64,000 bases of DNA from Lingula anatina (lineage: Eukaryota; Animalia; Brachiopoda). The stretch is from the NCBI GenBank assembly GCA_051362555.1, contig CM120640.1, positions 55,468,788 through 55,532,787 of the forward strand. Direction: 5' to 3'. The translations under genes and the position numbers were made by a program. The notes under the pieces were generated by a model. The model saw only the letters and a program-made list of their open reading frames with translations, was not told the DNA's origin and did no database searches. Positions 40,501 through 50,856 of the stretch are shown piece by piece. How positions within the stretch are numbered: position 1 is the stretch's first letter; each line of letters opens with the position of its first letter.

Positions 40501-43500
40501 AATGTCTAGCATTTTTTCTGAAAAATTCCTTCCAATTGTTCATTAATGCAGTTTTGATTTTGATACTTGGCACATTTTGTAAAAGTTGTTCTTAAATTAT
40601 ATGTCGGCTGTGTGTTTTCTAATAGTTGCCCATGCTTCAAAGCTTTTGCTAGTTTAGACATCATACATTTATTAACCACCTACTTCAAAAGAAATGAATT
40701 ATGTAATTTGTTAGTGTTAAACCAAAAAGAGATGGATTTGCATTACTCTGTGTGGCCTGTTCCTTTCTTTCCTACATCTGCTATTGAGATTTTTATAAAA
40801 TACAGAAAATACAAAGGGATATGGTGAAGTATAAGAAAAATGTGTACTGACAATTATGTAGAATAGTTGTACTACAAAGTAAAGCTGTGCTATCTGTTAC
40901 ACTTAGGATTTAATAGAAATTTTGGTCAATTTGTAGATTAACACTATTTTATCCTTTTCTCTTCCCAGGAACAGAAATTAAGAGAACAAGCTGCTGCCTC
41001 CAAAGCTTCCCCAGCACGGCCATCCTCCAACTCTGCGAGCAATCTATTTAGTTCCCCACCTGCTGCATCCACAGCTCACACGACAACCACAACATCCGCA
41101 GATCTGTTTGGGTCAGAGCCTGCAGGAAGTGCAAACGGCCAGCGACCCAGTGATGATTTACTAGAATTAAGTGGAAACCCATTTGCAGCTACTGTTCAAA
41201 ATGCAATGGCAATGTCGTCCCCTCAGCACAATGCTTTTGGCTCTCCGCAGACCAACCCATGGGGTGCAGGTTAGTAGTCTATACTGCTGACCTTATGTAA
41301 TATTTTGAAAGTTTGTCAGATACTTTGTTAGTCAGGCATTAGTATTAATGTCCTTTCTCATTTCCATTGATTTCAAGTAAGATATGGCATTAAACATTGT
41401 CTTATAGGAATGATAACATTCTTATATTAAATTCAGCAGGGCTTCAATTTGAATATGTTCAGATACATATTACCCCCACTTATAAAGACTTTGATTATAA
41501 GGACAAAAGAAGAATATAGGAGAATTATTAGGAGTTGTGCAGATTGATTGGCACAGTAACATAATCAGCCAACTAGAAACACTGTCCTCTTATAATGTAA
41601 GCTCTGTGCATCACAATATTATGTGGACTTTGGTTTTGGAAATAGATAAGCTTTTGTAATATTGGACATGGGCTGGTTCTGTTTCAGGTTATAATCAGCC
41701 TCCAGCATCAAACAATGCATTTGCATCAGATGCTGGTTTTGCTGCAGCATTTGGAAATTCCGCAAGTGGCCCCCAGTCAGGTACTGTTCTTGTCTGCTGA
41801 TCTACACAGGCGCAGCCATCTACATGTATATTCTATGCTCATCTTAATAACTTAACCTTTGTTCATGTCTTTACTTCAGTTACTAATAGCTAATAAAAAA
41901 GAATGGCTTTGTATTCTTGTAAAAAAAAAACTAATTGGTGTTGGGGTGCATTTTTATCTGACTGGAAATATTTTTATTAAGGTTGAAGGGTTTAGTTTTA
42001 CTTGATAAGTGCACCAAAGCTATTCCTTTGATCACTAAAACTGCACCACTCTCACCTACTAAATTAGTATATGGATAATGAAATAGTGCTTGCTCGTGTA
42101 CTCAGTGTTAAATGTTAAAATATTTACCCAACTTTGTGAAAATTAAGATGGAAGACTGGAGAGGTTTGCTACCTTGATTCTTTTACGTTCATGCTTAAGC
42201 TTAAGAATTCTTGCTATTAATTTGAAATAATTCCTATTCCTATCTAAATTAATGAAAAGCCAAAGAAATTTTAACCTCATGGGATGGTAGCATTTCTTAA
42301 AGTTGAGAATCACTTTCTGCTATAACTGGGACAGGATTTAACCTGATAACCTCTTATACAATTTAAGTCTGATTGTGGTTCCATGATAATCCTAATGTAT
42401 TCCATTTGCAAGGAACAGGTTAAATCTTGCTTTGAATATTATTTACAGTTTGTTATTAATAATTTATCTTTTTAACGTGGCAACTAAGTGACCCACAAGA
42501 GCCAGGTATAAGGTGCAAAAACTTCTACCATTTTGCTATATCAAAAACTAATGGAGATGGTAAAATTAATGTCGATTGTAAATATTTCAAAGACCACAGA
42601 TTGGAAAGGATTTGCAAACAGGTTATATAGAGATATCAAAAAGCAGTCATTAAAATGATAAATAGCATAGATAGTCTGTACATTTTATTTTTTATGCAGA
42701 AAATTCTCTGGTCTTCCATTCTTTTATTTTCCGCAGTAAAGTATTCCATAGCAGTACTGCAATTGCATGTAACATCTCACTTCCATCTCTCTGTCATGGT
42801 GTCTCTTTGCATGTATTTGGTCCAGGTACCACTTCCAGTGGCATGATCCCCATGGGGGGGTTGGGGGCAGTGTCTGCACCCCCACCTGGTGAGTATTGTG
42901 TGTATATCTACCTATTAAGTATGTATTGGTTTTGGTTTTCAACTTTCAGGGCAGCAAACACTGTAGTTCTTAAAATGTGTGAATCTTCTAATTTATTAAC
43001 AATCAGATAACACGTCAAGAAAAGAAGTTATTTGTGGGATATTTGTTAAAATTGGCATCTGGAGTGATGAACATCTGATTTAAGATTTTGTTAGTTTTCT
43101 ATAGACAATAACTAACTACGCTCCTTTTGATGAATTTTATAAATCTATAAAAACAATTTTTGCTAACATGAACACTCTTGTCTGCAGAAATCTAGACAAA
43201 TCTAACAACATCACAGATCCAAATATTTGTGGTGTCCTTTCATCCAGTTGCCAAGTTGAAATTTATGTGTTTAATTTATAATGCAGTTGTTCAATTTTTT
43301 TCACTTAATTAATATTTAACATGTTTGTAAAACCATGTGTTGTCTTGTCTTTACACTAACTCAACTTAAAAGGTGTTTATTTTAGCCATGTTCCTTTGGT
43401 GACAGGAAGAATTGTGTATTAATGAATGATAATGGTTTAATACATTTACCTTATGTGTTATATTTATTTGTACACTTAATGTTAACCAGTGGGGTTGATG

Positions 43501-45070
43501 CACAAAAGTCGATGTACATTCAAGTTTCTTGTTTTAGTTTGTCTACTGTGCGCATTATGTTATGATCAAGATGGAACAAATGTTTAGGTTTATTTGTAAT
43601 GATGCAGTTAGTGTGTAGAATGTATGTAAAATGTGTTTGTGTATGATAGTGTTTGATAGTACACCTCACCTGTTGATTGTTGGAAAATATTTGCACTTAT
43701 GAAAGAAATTAATGATATAAAAAACCTGAAGCAAAGGAAAATTAATTGTATACCTTGATATGGCAAACAGTGGATGAAGAACTACTTGTATTTCTGTGGT
43801 ATTAAATGCTGTATCTATGGATTGAGGCAGTTGTTAAGGTTCTGATGGAAGAGGAAATTCCCATCAGACATGACTAGAATTTAGCCAGAATTATCATCCA
43901 TATAGTTTCCAAATAGAAGTGTCCATATTTAAAAAGAAAATTTTCAAAACTTAGGAAGTTTAAAATGCCAGCACATGAATTTGTTAATTGTATGTATATA
44001 TTTCATATCATTCCTGTTAGTATTATGTCCATTATGTCCAGCATGAAATTTTACCAAACACCTAAGGCAAATCATTTAGCTATACCATTAAATATGCTAG
44101 CTTGAGCCAGCAAAATGATAAAATAGCATGTTTTTCTAAAGCTGCTCCACCTAAGCAGGACCCCTTGGATGTTATAGTGGCACCAGAGAAGCAGGCTAGC
44201 CCAGTAGTTACCACCCCAACTGCAGGTTGGTGTGTCTTTATATATGGAATTATATATGGAACAGTTTTGTAGAATTGACATTTCTACCGGAAGTAATGCT
44301 GATCCGTCTCTTTTGGGAGAACCACTGATAATGGACTAAAGAACTATATAAAATTATATAACTGGTCTTCTGTGGTATGTTACTTTCATATATTACTTGA
44401 TTTGGATATATTTAAAGTATTTTTGCAACTTCAGAGAAATAGCTCAGACTGCAAGGGTACATGTTTAATGTTTTGACTTATTGTAAAACCATAGGTTTTT
44501 GATTTTCTTAATTTTATTTTGAAGCAGTCAAATTGAGTGCATTGTTATGCAATAGTACCTAAAATTTATAGGAACTAAGGACTTGTTTGCTGTAAATGAA
44601 CCTGGGCCTGCATCTCCTCAGATCAAAACAGGTCGGTGCTTCAGAGTTACATGGTTTTCTTTTTGTGTTTTTACTCTACTGTCATTCCTTTTCTCTGACT
44701 TCACAATTAATGAATTATTTAAGCAAAACAGTAAATTCAGCACCTCTCCTTGTTTTTTAGAAGTGACCAGCTGATTCAGTTGTAGGATACACTTGCCATT
44801 TATTCTTTTTTTTTTCTTTCTTGCCAAATTATATGAAAAAAAAAAAATTAGTTGATTACGAGTTGCAGTTTCTGAGTACCAATTATGATAGCTTTACTTG
44901 TACACTTTTGGGTGTTTGGGATATTTTTTTGTCTTGTACTTAGTGTTTGGCAGAAAATTGTAGTTCAAAGAAGTTGATTCTTGTAAGTTCTATTTTTCTC
45001 AGAGAAAAGTTCTTTAGTTGAATGACCAGAACATCATTGTAATTATAAGGCTGATATATCTGAGAATAAG

Positions 45071-45117
<47 letters not shown>

Positions 45118-48100
45118 TTTTTATCTATATTTTGCTTTTCTTTATAGTTTCCAGGGAAGCCAGTCCCTCTCCAGGAGAGCTCCTTTTCCCTTCTTCTCCA
45201 CCACCACCTGCTGTGCCCTCTCCAGCAAAGCTACCACTAGGTCTCCAATGTTATGGAGCCTCTTGTGGATTCCAATTTTTTCCTTTTGATACAGTTTGAT
45301 CATCTAATCCATTTTATAATGAAATTTCATGTAAAAAATATGAATTGTTGATAGAGATTTTTCATATGTTTTTGAAAAAATTGGTGAACAGATACATGTC
45401 ATTTTAGAGGGTTATATTCAGGGGCTGTCCTAAAGTTTGGCTGATTTATTCTGTTTGTTGAATGGTGCAACTTTCTAGTACTTGATGAATTTCTTGTGTG
45501 CCTTCTACTGTCATTTCATTTCTTTAGCTGCTGAAGAGAAAGTTTTCCCCTCTGTAACAGGAGACTTGCTGTTTACTATGTCTCCTACTGAACCAGCACC
45601 AGGTTGGTAAAAGAAATGTTAATCTGACAATTGCCAATTATCAAAATTGGTTGCCTTTACATATGTATATTCATACTCTTAGTATGACATCAAATATTTT
45701 TATACATCAAATAATCTCATTTTCATTATTTCTCTAAAAGGGGAGAAGGGATGGACCTTCATTGTATAGCTAGTAATAATATAATTTGACTTATTCTAGT
45801 TAAGTCAAATAATAAAAGATTTCGGTTCTGGGAGAAAAAAGTGATGAGCCATTGCTTCATGGTCTTTGCCAAAATGGCTGTGGGTTATTATGGAATTTTT
45901 CCATTGTTCACAGTTATGAGTTGTATTTTATGTTAGCTGTTAAGAAGGAGTCTGGCTTAGACCAGCTTGGGGACTTGCTGTTTGCACCTGACCCAGCCCC
46001 TGCTGCTCAAAGTGCAGGTTAGTTCCCCTGGAGTTTAAACCTGAAAATTGTGTGCTGAAAATTTTTTTAGAGGTTGGGCATATAGTAATTCAGATTGTAA
46101 TATTTGCTGTATTTTCAAAGTGGAGCATCTTATTATTTTAATGGGGTTTGATAGTGCCACATAATAATTTGACAAATAAAATACAAATCTTATTAAGGTA
46201 TCATTTATCAAAACCTAGTAAATGCCTTCTGTGCATGATAATGATATTTACACTTAGTTTTAAAAAGAATGGTGTTCTTTATTAACATACATGGCTTTGT
46301 TCCAAGCAGCAAGTGGATTGTTTGCAGGAGAGTTGCTCTTTTCTACCTCTCCAAGTGCAACACACCCAACAGGTTGGTGGCACAACATGGCACATTTCAA
46401 CTGAACAACATGTCTCTGTAGGGTGGTGGCTAATTTGTGGAATTTTATTTTATTTAAACATGTTTTATTTATTTATTTTTTTTTTTTTAATATAGTGCCA
46501 GTAGTATTGTTGGGTTTCCTCCTTTCAGTTTGGAGTAAGGAGACATTCTAGGTTTTGGTGATCTTAAGTTCTTTTACCTCTCTTTCTGTTTCACCAGCTG
46601 TTAATACAATTTAAGGTGTTGGTCACCTGTGTTGTAGTTAGTAGTGAGACAGACATGCTAGATGTTTTCTCCCTTTTTGTTTATATTGAGTATTGTTCAT
46701 GAATTGAGTACTATAAATATTTTAGCGACATGCTTCATCTAAGAGTTTGGCTAGATACAAAAACAAAATGTAGTACTTAATTGCAAACTTGATATATGTA
46801 TAATATTTATATAAGTTAGTTAGTACAAGAGCCATTGGGTTACGTTGGATAATTCAAGTTGCTTCTGTTGTGTTGCAAGCATCAAATCAAATGGAAATGC
46901 CCAACTTTCCAATGGGTCAGATGATCTTCTCTCCAATACCCGCTGCCCAGCCAACAACCAAAGCAGGTCAGTGTGTCTCCACAAATAACAGAGAGACATT
47001 TTAAATGCATTACCCTTAATTATAATATGTACTCTTTTTGGTATTCTTCTAAACCACTAATAAAAATCATATGTGCAAATTTTGTGATTGTTAGATGAAT
47101 ATTTTGAAGACATCAGTCAAAACTGACATTTGTGTATATTAGTGCTCAAAAAGATAATAAATAAAAGCACAGTGGTTTATATGGTATGATATGGTGGGGA
47201 CCAATTTTTATAAATCTACTTCCACTCATGCATTTGACCATAGTTATTTTTGATGAGGATGGTTGGATATTGAAGTATTTAGTTGAACTTTGTTTTTAGT
47301 GTTGATGTTGTGAACATTTCCAGTTAAGTTATGACAGGATGTTCTTTGATTTAAAAGTAACTTATATTCCAAGCCAAAGCACTAGAATGTTGATGTGTTT
47401 CATTTTCCTTTTCTGTAGTACATGCCAAGATATTGTCAGCTTATTCGGATCCAAAAGGGGGTATCTGTCTATCTATATGAATATCTATCGACTTCTTTTG
47501 TTCAATAGACTGTGAATATTATGTTTGAACTATTTGATATTTCTCTGTTTATAGATCAAGTACTATAAGTTCCAGTGTGCTAGTATGGGTTTCTTTTTAG
47601 CACCATTCTAGAAAGATTTTTTGTCAAAGTACCACACTTGAATGTTTCCTCCATACAGAACCATTTCGTTTGATAGGCACTCAACAACAGGTTATTTGAT
47701 TTGTATGATTCATAGTATTTGTGTTTTTATTAGTTATTTGTTCGTGTGATTGTTTGAATGTGACTGTAGTACTGTTGTGATTGAAATTTTCCAGGGAAGA
47801 TTTTATGTAATATTCTTACTGTGAGTTAAGGAATGCATCATGATAAATTATATTTGAAATGATTTTATTAAATAGCACTGTGGTTTGATAAGGACTAGTT
47901 TAATTTCATTAATAGCTTTATACTTTACCTTATTCCTGTCATAATATTGTGCTAAGTAAATGGCAGTAACAAATGCTTTATTAGAAGTCTTTCATTATAT
48001 TAGTAAGTTTTTTCTTCACCTGCTTGGGCCTGACCTTTTCACATTTCTTTTGTAAAAATGCTTCCTTTTTTATTTCCCTTCCTTTTAGGTGCTGTAGAGG

Positions 48101-49202
48101 CTGAACAAGGTGATTATGCTTAATTTGGGAGAGGGTTATATGTAGAACGCTCTAAAATTCATAGTCAATGCCTGTCTTGCTTAAAGATATTCCACATGCA
48201 TTTTGCTTAAGTCTGGCTTGAATTGAAAAATGTCATGTTTTAACACTTTTAATATATGACTTCTTTGCTCGTTCTTGAATGCTTTTTTATGTTTAAAGGG
48301 ATAATAACTCTTCGTTTCGGCCAAAAAATGAATTTTCCTGGAGTAAACAACAATTTTTCCCATACTAACCAATGGTTAATGAATCCATTTTTACATTCGA
48401 AGTTAGTCCCTGTTTTTTTTCTAAAAAGTTTGGTTTTTTGTTAAAATCTCTTAAGAGATTTTAACATGTTAAAATCTCTTAAGAGATTTTAACAGAGTTC
48501 AGCCATCAATGGCGGTCACGTGGTCTAAAGACGAGCTCAGATATCAGAATAATAGCTATAACTGTCGTTTTTGTGGTAAAACAGAATATATTATATTTCT
48601 ATGAGTTATTCACAATGTTTTTATTGTGAAATATAGATCTCATACGAAGAGTTATTATCCCTTTAACTTTCCTTATAATTTCATGTTCATTATGTATGAC
48701 AGTACATGAATATGATTAATGTGTTAGTCAAAATGATTTCAGTAAACCATAAAACATGGATTACTTTTACATGTTTTAAATAAAATATGTATAAAAGAAA
48801 GTAGTCACACTCTCCACCTAACTTTGAATAGGTGTCCTGATATCTGCAGCAGCTGTGCATGTGCCAGTATTGCTGTATTAACAGAAATTTACTTTGTGCT
48901 TGCATCAGGACCCCACTGGTTGTTGTCCAAATCAAAATTGACAGTGTTTATTAATAGGCAAAACATACCTCTTGCTTTAAGGTTTTGATGGTTTTGGTGA
49001 AGTTTTGAAGCCACAGTCCACAGCACCAGTCCAAGAGAAGAGAGATGAGAAACTCATTCAGGGAGATGTGAACACCAGCCTAATGCAACTTGCTGGAAAT
49101 CTGAGCATTAAACATGATCAAATAAAAAAGTAGAGTAAAATTTATTAGTTTGTAACATTAATTATTACATTTTTTATTTCAAATTAAAGTTAACAAAGAA
49201 AA

Positions 49203-49246
<44 letters not shown>

Positions 49247-50222
49247 TTTGACTTTTCAGATTGTGAAACCATTGTAAAAAAAGTTGCAGCATAAAAGCTA
49301 GTCAGCAAAGGTTTAAAGACAAAAGTTTTTATGTTTATCGGAATTTGGAAATATAGAAATTATATTGCTTCACAAAACATTTTTGTACACTGTCCTTGCA
49401 AATCTAGAAAAATTGTTATATTTATCAACACATTGGGTTCACACCAACCATTTAGATACCCTTCCTTTCCTTTTAGAACACAGCATGAGTGGAATCCTAA
49501 AGGTGAACAGAAGAAGACAGGTGGTGCCAACTGGCAGCCTCCTCCTAGAGCCAGCACTACAGCTGGACCACCCACATGGCAGCAGCCACCTAATGTGGTT
49601 CCTATGGTAAGCATATGTTAGGGGAAATCTCAACAGCTCCAGTTGAAACCATTTCAATTTCAGATATTGTTACAGTTCACAATTGCTAGCTCTCTTGAGA
49701 ACCAAGAACTAGGCAATTGGTTTATTTTTAACAGGTTGTTTATTATCACTAAGAAATTTTGTTTAAAAAAAAAAAAAATTCAAACTCATTTCATTATTTA
49801 AGGGACAACCTGGCATGATGGCACCAGGAATGATGGGATATGGTCAGCCAGGAATGCAGCCATATATGGTAATGTACGATTTGTCTCCAGTTGCCCTGGA
49901 ACAAACATGACTAAGAAAAACCCATTGCAACAAATAAGCCACATGAATGTGACTCGCTGCAATGAGCTCTATAACATAAATTTAGTATTCTTTTTTGCTG
50001 TTATAAAAAAAAAAAAAATCAATGTTTATGTAATGGCTGTGTCGTTATTTATTCTTTATCTTTTAGGGCATGCAACCAAGGCCAATGGGAATGGCCCCTG
50101 GTATTGGCATGCAGCCAATGGGCATGCAGCCTATGGGAATGGGCATGCAACCATCTCCACAGATGAATGCGTTTGGTCAGCCAAGTCCTCAGCAACCAAA
50201 TGACCCATTTGGTGCTTTGTGA
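22564..50222 (+). CDS. PICALM: Phosphatidylinositol-binding clathrin assembly protein (PICALM/AP180/LAP; ANTH domain plus disordered tail), ~666 aa core, up to ~875 aa with candidate cassettes
   Basis: Core exons 22564-22693, 28032-28174, 30076-30151, 30421-30523, 35174-35213, 35491-35547, 36753-36864, 37078-37184, 37430-37471, 39034-39122, 39652-39796, 40969-41269, 41688-41780, 42826-42888, 48982-49129, 49477-49606, 49803-49868 and 50067-50222 total 2001 nt in frame. Hallmarks: [16 protein letters not shown] (PIP2 site), [63 protein letters not shown] and terminal DPFGAL. Confidence 0.97.
25569..26181. mobile_element. Non-autonomous TIR element in PICALM intron 1
   Basis: TAGACTCGCCCTTCAAGAAATCGACG ... 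CGTCGATTTCTTGAAGGGCAAGTCTA, with an internal inverted copy of the left end at ~25942-25974; CpG-rich. Confidence 0.8.
28594..28887. mobile_element. Foldback MITE with TAA TSD (PIF/Harbinger-like)
   Basis: TAA|GGTCCGATTCAGATCGAGAAGAGC... and ...GCTCTTCTCGATCTGAATAGGGCC|TAA; arms of about 100 bp. Confidence 0.88.
40323..40343 (+). CDS. PICALM: Candidate 21-nt PICALM microexon (VSKAKEQ, phase 0-0)
   Basis: ttttag|GTCTCCAAGGCTAAGGAACAG|gtagat; matches the phase-0 intron it sits in. Confidence 0.5.
44142..44225 (+). CDS. PICALM: PICALM candidate cassette exon A ([28 protein letters not shown])
   Basis: 84 nt, phase 1-1, aag acceptor, CAG|gttggt donor. Confidence 0.7.
44572..44631 (+). CDS. PICALM: PICALM candidate cassette exon B ([20 protein letters not shown])
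   Basis: 60 nt, phase 1-1, CAG|gtcggt donor, DLF motif. Confidence 0.75.
45073..45114. repeat. (CT)n microsatellite just upstream of cassette exon C
   Basis: Direct reading. Confidence 0.95.
45148..45240 (+). CDS. PICALM: PICALM candidate cassette exon C ([31 protein letters not shown])
   Basis: 93 nt, phase 1-1, strong acceptor, weak donor gtctcc, GELLF motif. Confidence 0.65.
   Translation, partial: FPGKPVPLQESSFSLLLHHHLLCPLQQSYH
45528..45602 (+). CDS. PICALM: PICALM candidate cassette exon D ([25 protein letters not shown])
   Basis: 75 nt, phase 1-1, CAG|gttggt donor, GDLLF motif. Confidence 0.8.
45937..46017 (+). CDS. PICALM: PICALM candidate cassette exon E ([27 protein letters not shown])
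   Basis: 81 nt, phase 1-1, CAG|gttagt donor, GDLLF motif. Confidence 0.8.
46310..46372 (+). CDS. PICALM: PICALM candidate cassette exon F ([21 protein letters not shown])
   Basis: 63 nt (66 nt with the AAGCAG tandem acceptor), phase 1-1, CAG|gttggt donor, GELLF motif. Confidence 0.78.
46880..46966 (+). CDS. PICALM: PICALM candidate cassette exon G ([29 protein letters not shown])
   Basis: 87 nt, phase 1-1, CAG|gtcagt donor, degenerate GQMIF motif. Confidence 0.72.
47419..47460 (+). CDS. PICALM: PICALM candidate cassette exon H ([14 protein letters not shown])
   Basis: 42 nt, phase 1-1, good pyrimidine tract, weak donor gtatct. Confidence 0.4.
48089..48109 (+). CDS. PICALM: Candidate 21-nt PICALM microexon (GAVEAEQ, phase 1-1)
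   Basis: Long pyrimidine tract ending ccttttag|GTGCTGTAGAGGCTGAACAAG|gtgatt. Confidence 0.6.
48297..48662 (+). mobile_element. TTAA-TSD MITE (Kolobok-like termini), copy 2
   Basis: TTAA|AGGGATAATAACTCTTCGT ... ACGAAGAGTTATTATCCCT|TTAA. Confidence 0.88.
49204..49243. repeat. (AT)n microsatellite
   Basis: Direct reading. Confidence 0.95.
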
Positions 50223-50381
50223 GAGAAAACAATGTAGGTGAGACCTTCCAAATGTTTTAACCTTCTAATCACTGTTTAAGTTCTTTGAATTTGTACGATG
50301 ATTATGATAAGTTAAAAAAAAAACAATAATTTACTTTTGTTCCTTGGGAAAAGTGAAGTGAAAACCTTAATTTGTCTTTAA

Positions 50382-50703
50382 AGGGATAATAACTCTTTGT
50401 ATGAGATCTATATTTCACAATAAAAACACTGCGAAATATAATATATTCTGTTTTACCACAAAAACAGCAGTTATAGCTATTATTCTGATATCTTAGCTTG
50501 TCTTAGACTACATGACCTCCATTGATGGCTATACTCTGTTATAATCTCTGGAAAGATGGTAACAAAAAAACAAAGATTTTAGAAAAAACACCAGGGACTA
50601 TTTTTGAATGTAAAAATGGGTTTGTTAACCATTGGTAAGTATTGGAAAATTGTTTACTCCAGGAAAATTCATTTTTTGGCCAAAACAAAGAGTTATTATC
50701 CCT
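50382..50703 (-). mobile_element. TTAA-TSD MITE (Kolobok-like termini), copy 3, opposite orientation
   Basis: Same TIRs and TTAA flanks; internal sequence is the reverse complement of copies 1 and 2. Confidence 0.88.
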
Positions 50704-50856
50704 TTAATGTTTATAACTCATTAATAGTCAGTACTCGACTTAGATTTGTTGTTCACAAAAGGGTTGTAATATCTCTTTTTACCAATATTGATATCCACTA
50801 GGTTGTACATGAACCAACTGTGGAGTGTATTTATATTTGCTGCTTCTTTGTTTCAG

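Noticed and set aside
43490-43513. Possible 24-nt in-frame PICALM exon
   Set aside because: Poor donor (T|gtacat) and weak pyrimidine tract.
47659-47690. AG/GT-bounded 32-nt segment in the variable region
   Set aside because: Not a multiple of 3 and no compensating exon found. It could be a poison exon but is unsupported.
50220-50237. Stop-codon readthrough of PICALM
   Set aside because: TGA-GAG is not a readthrough context and a TAG follows after four codons.
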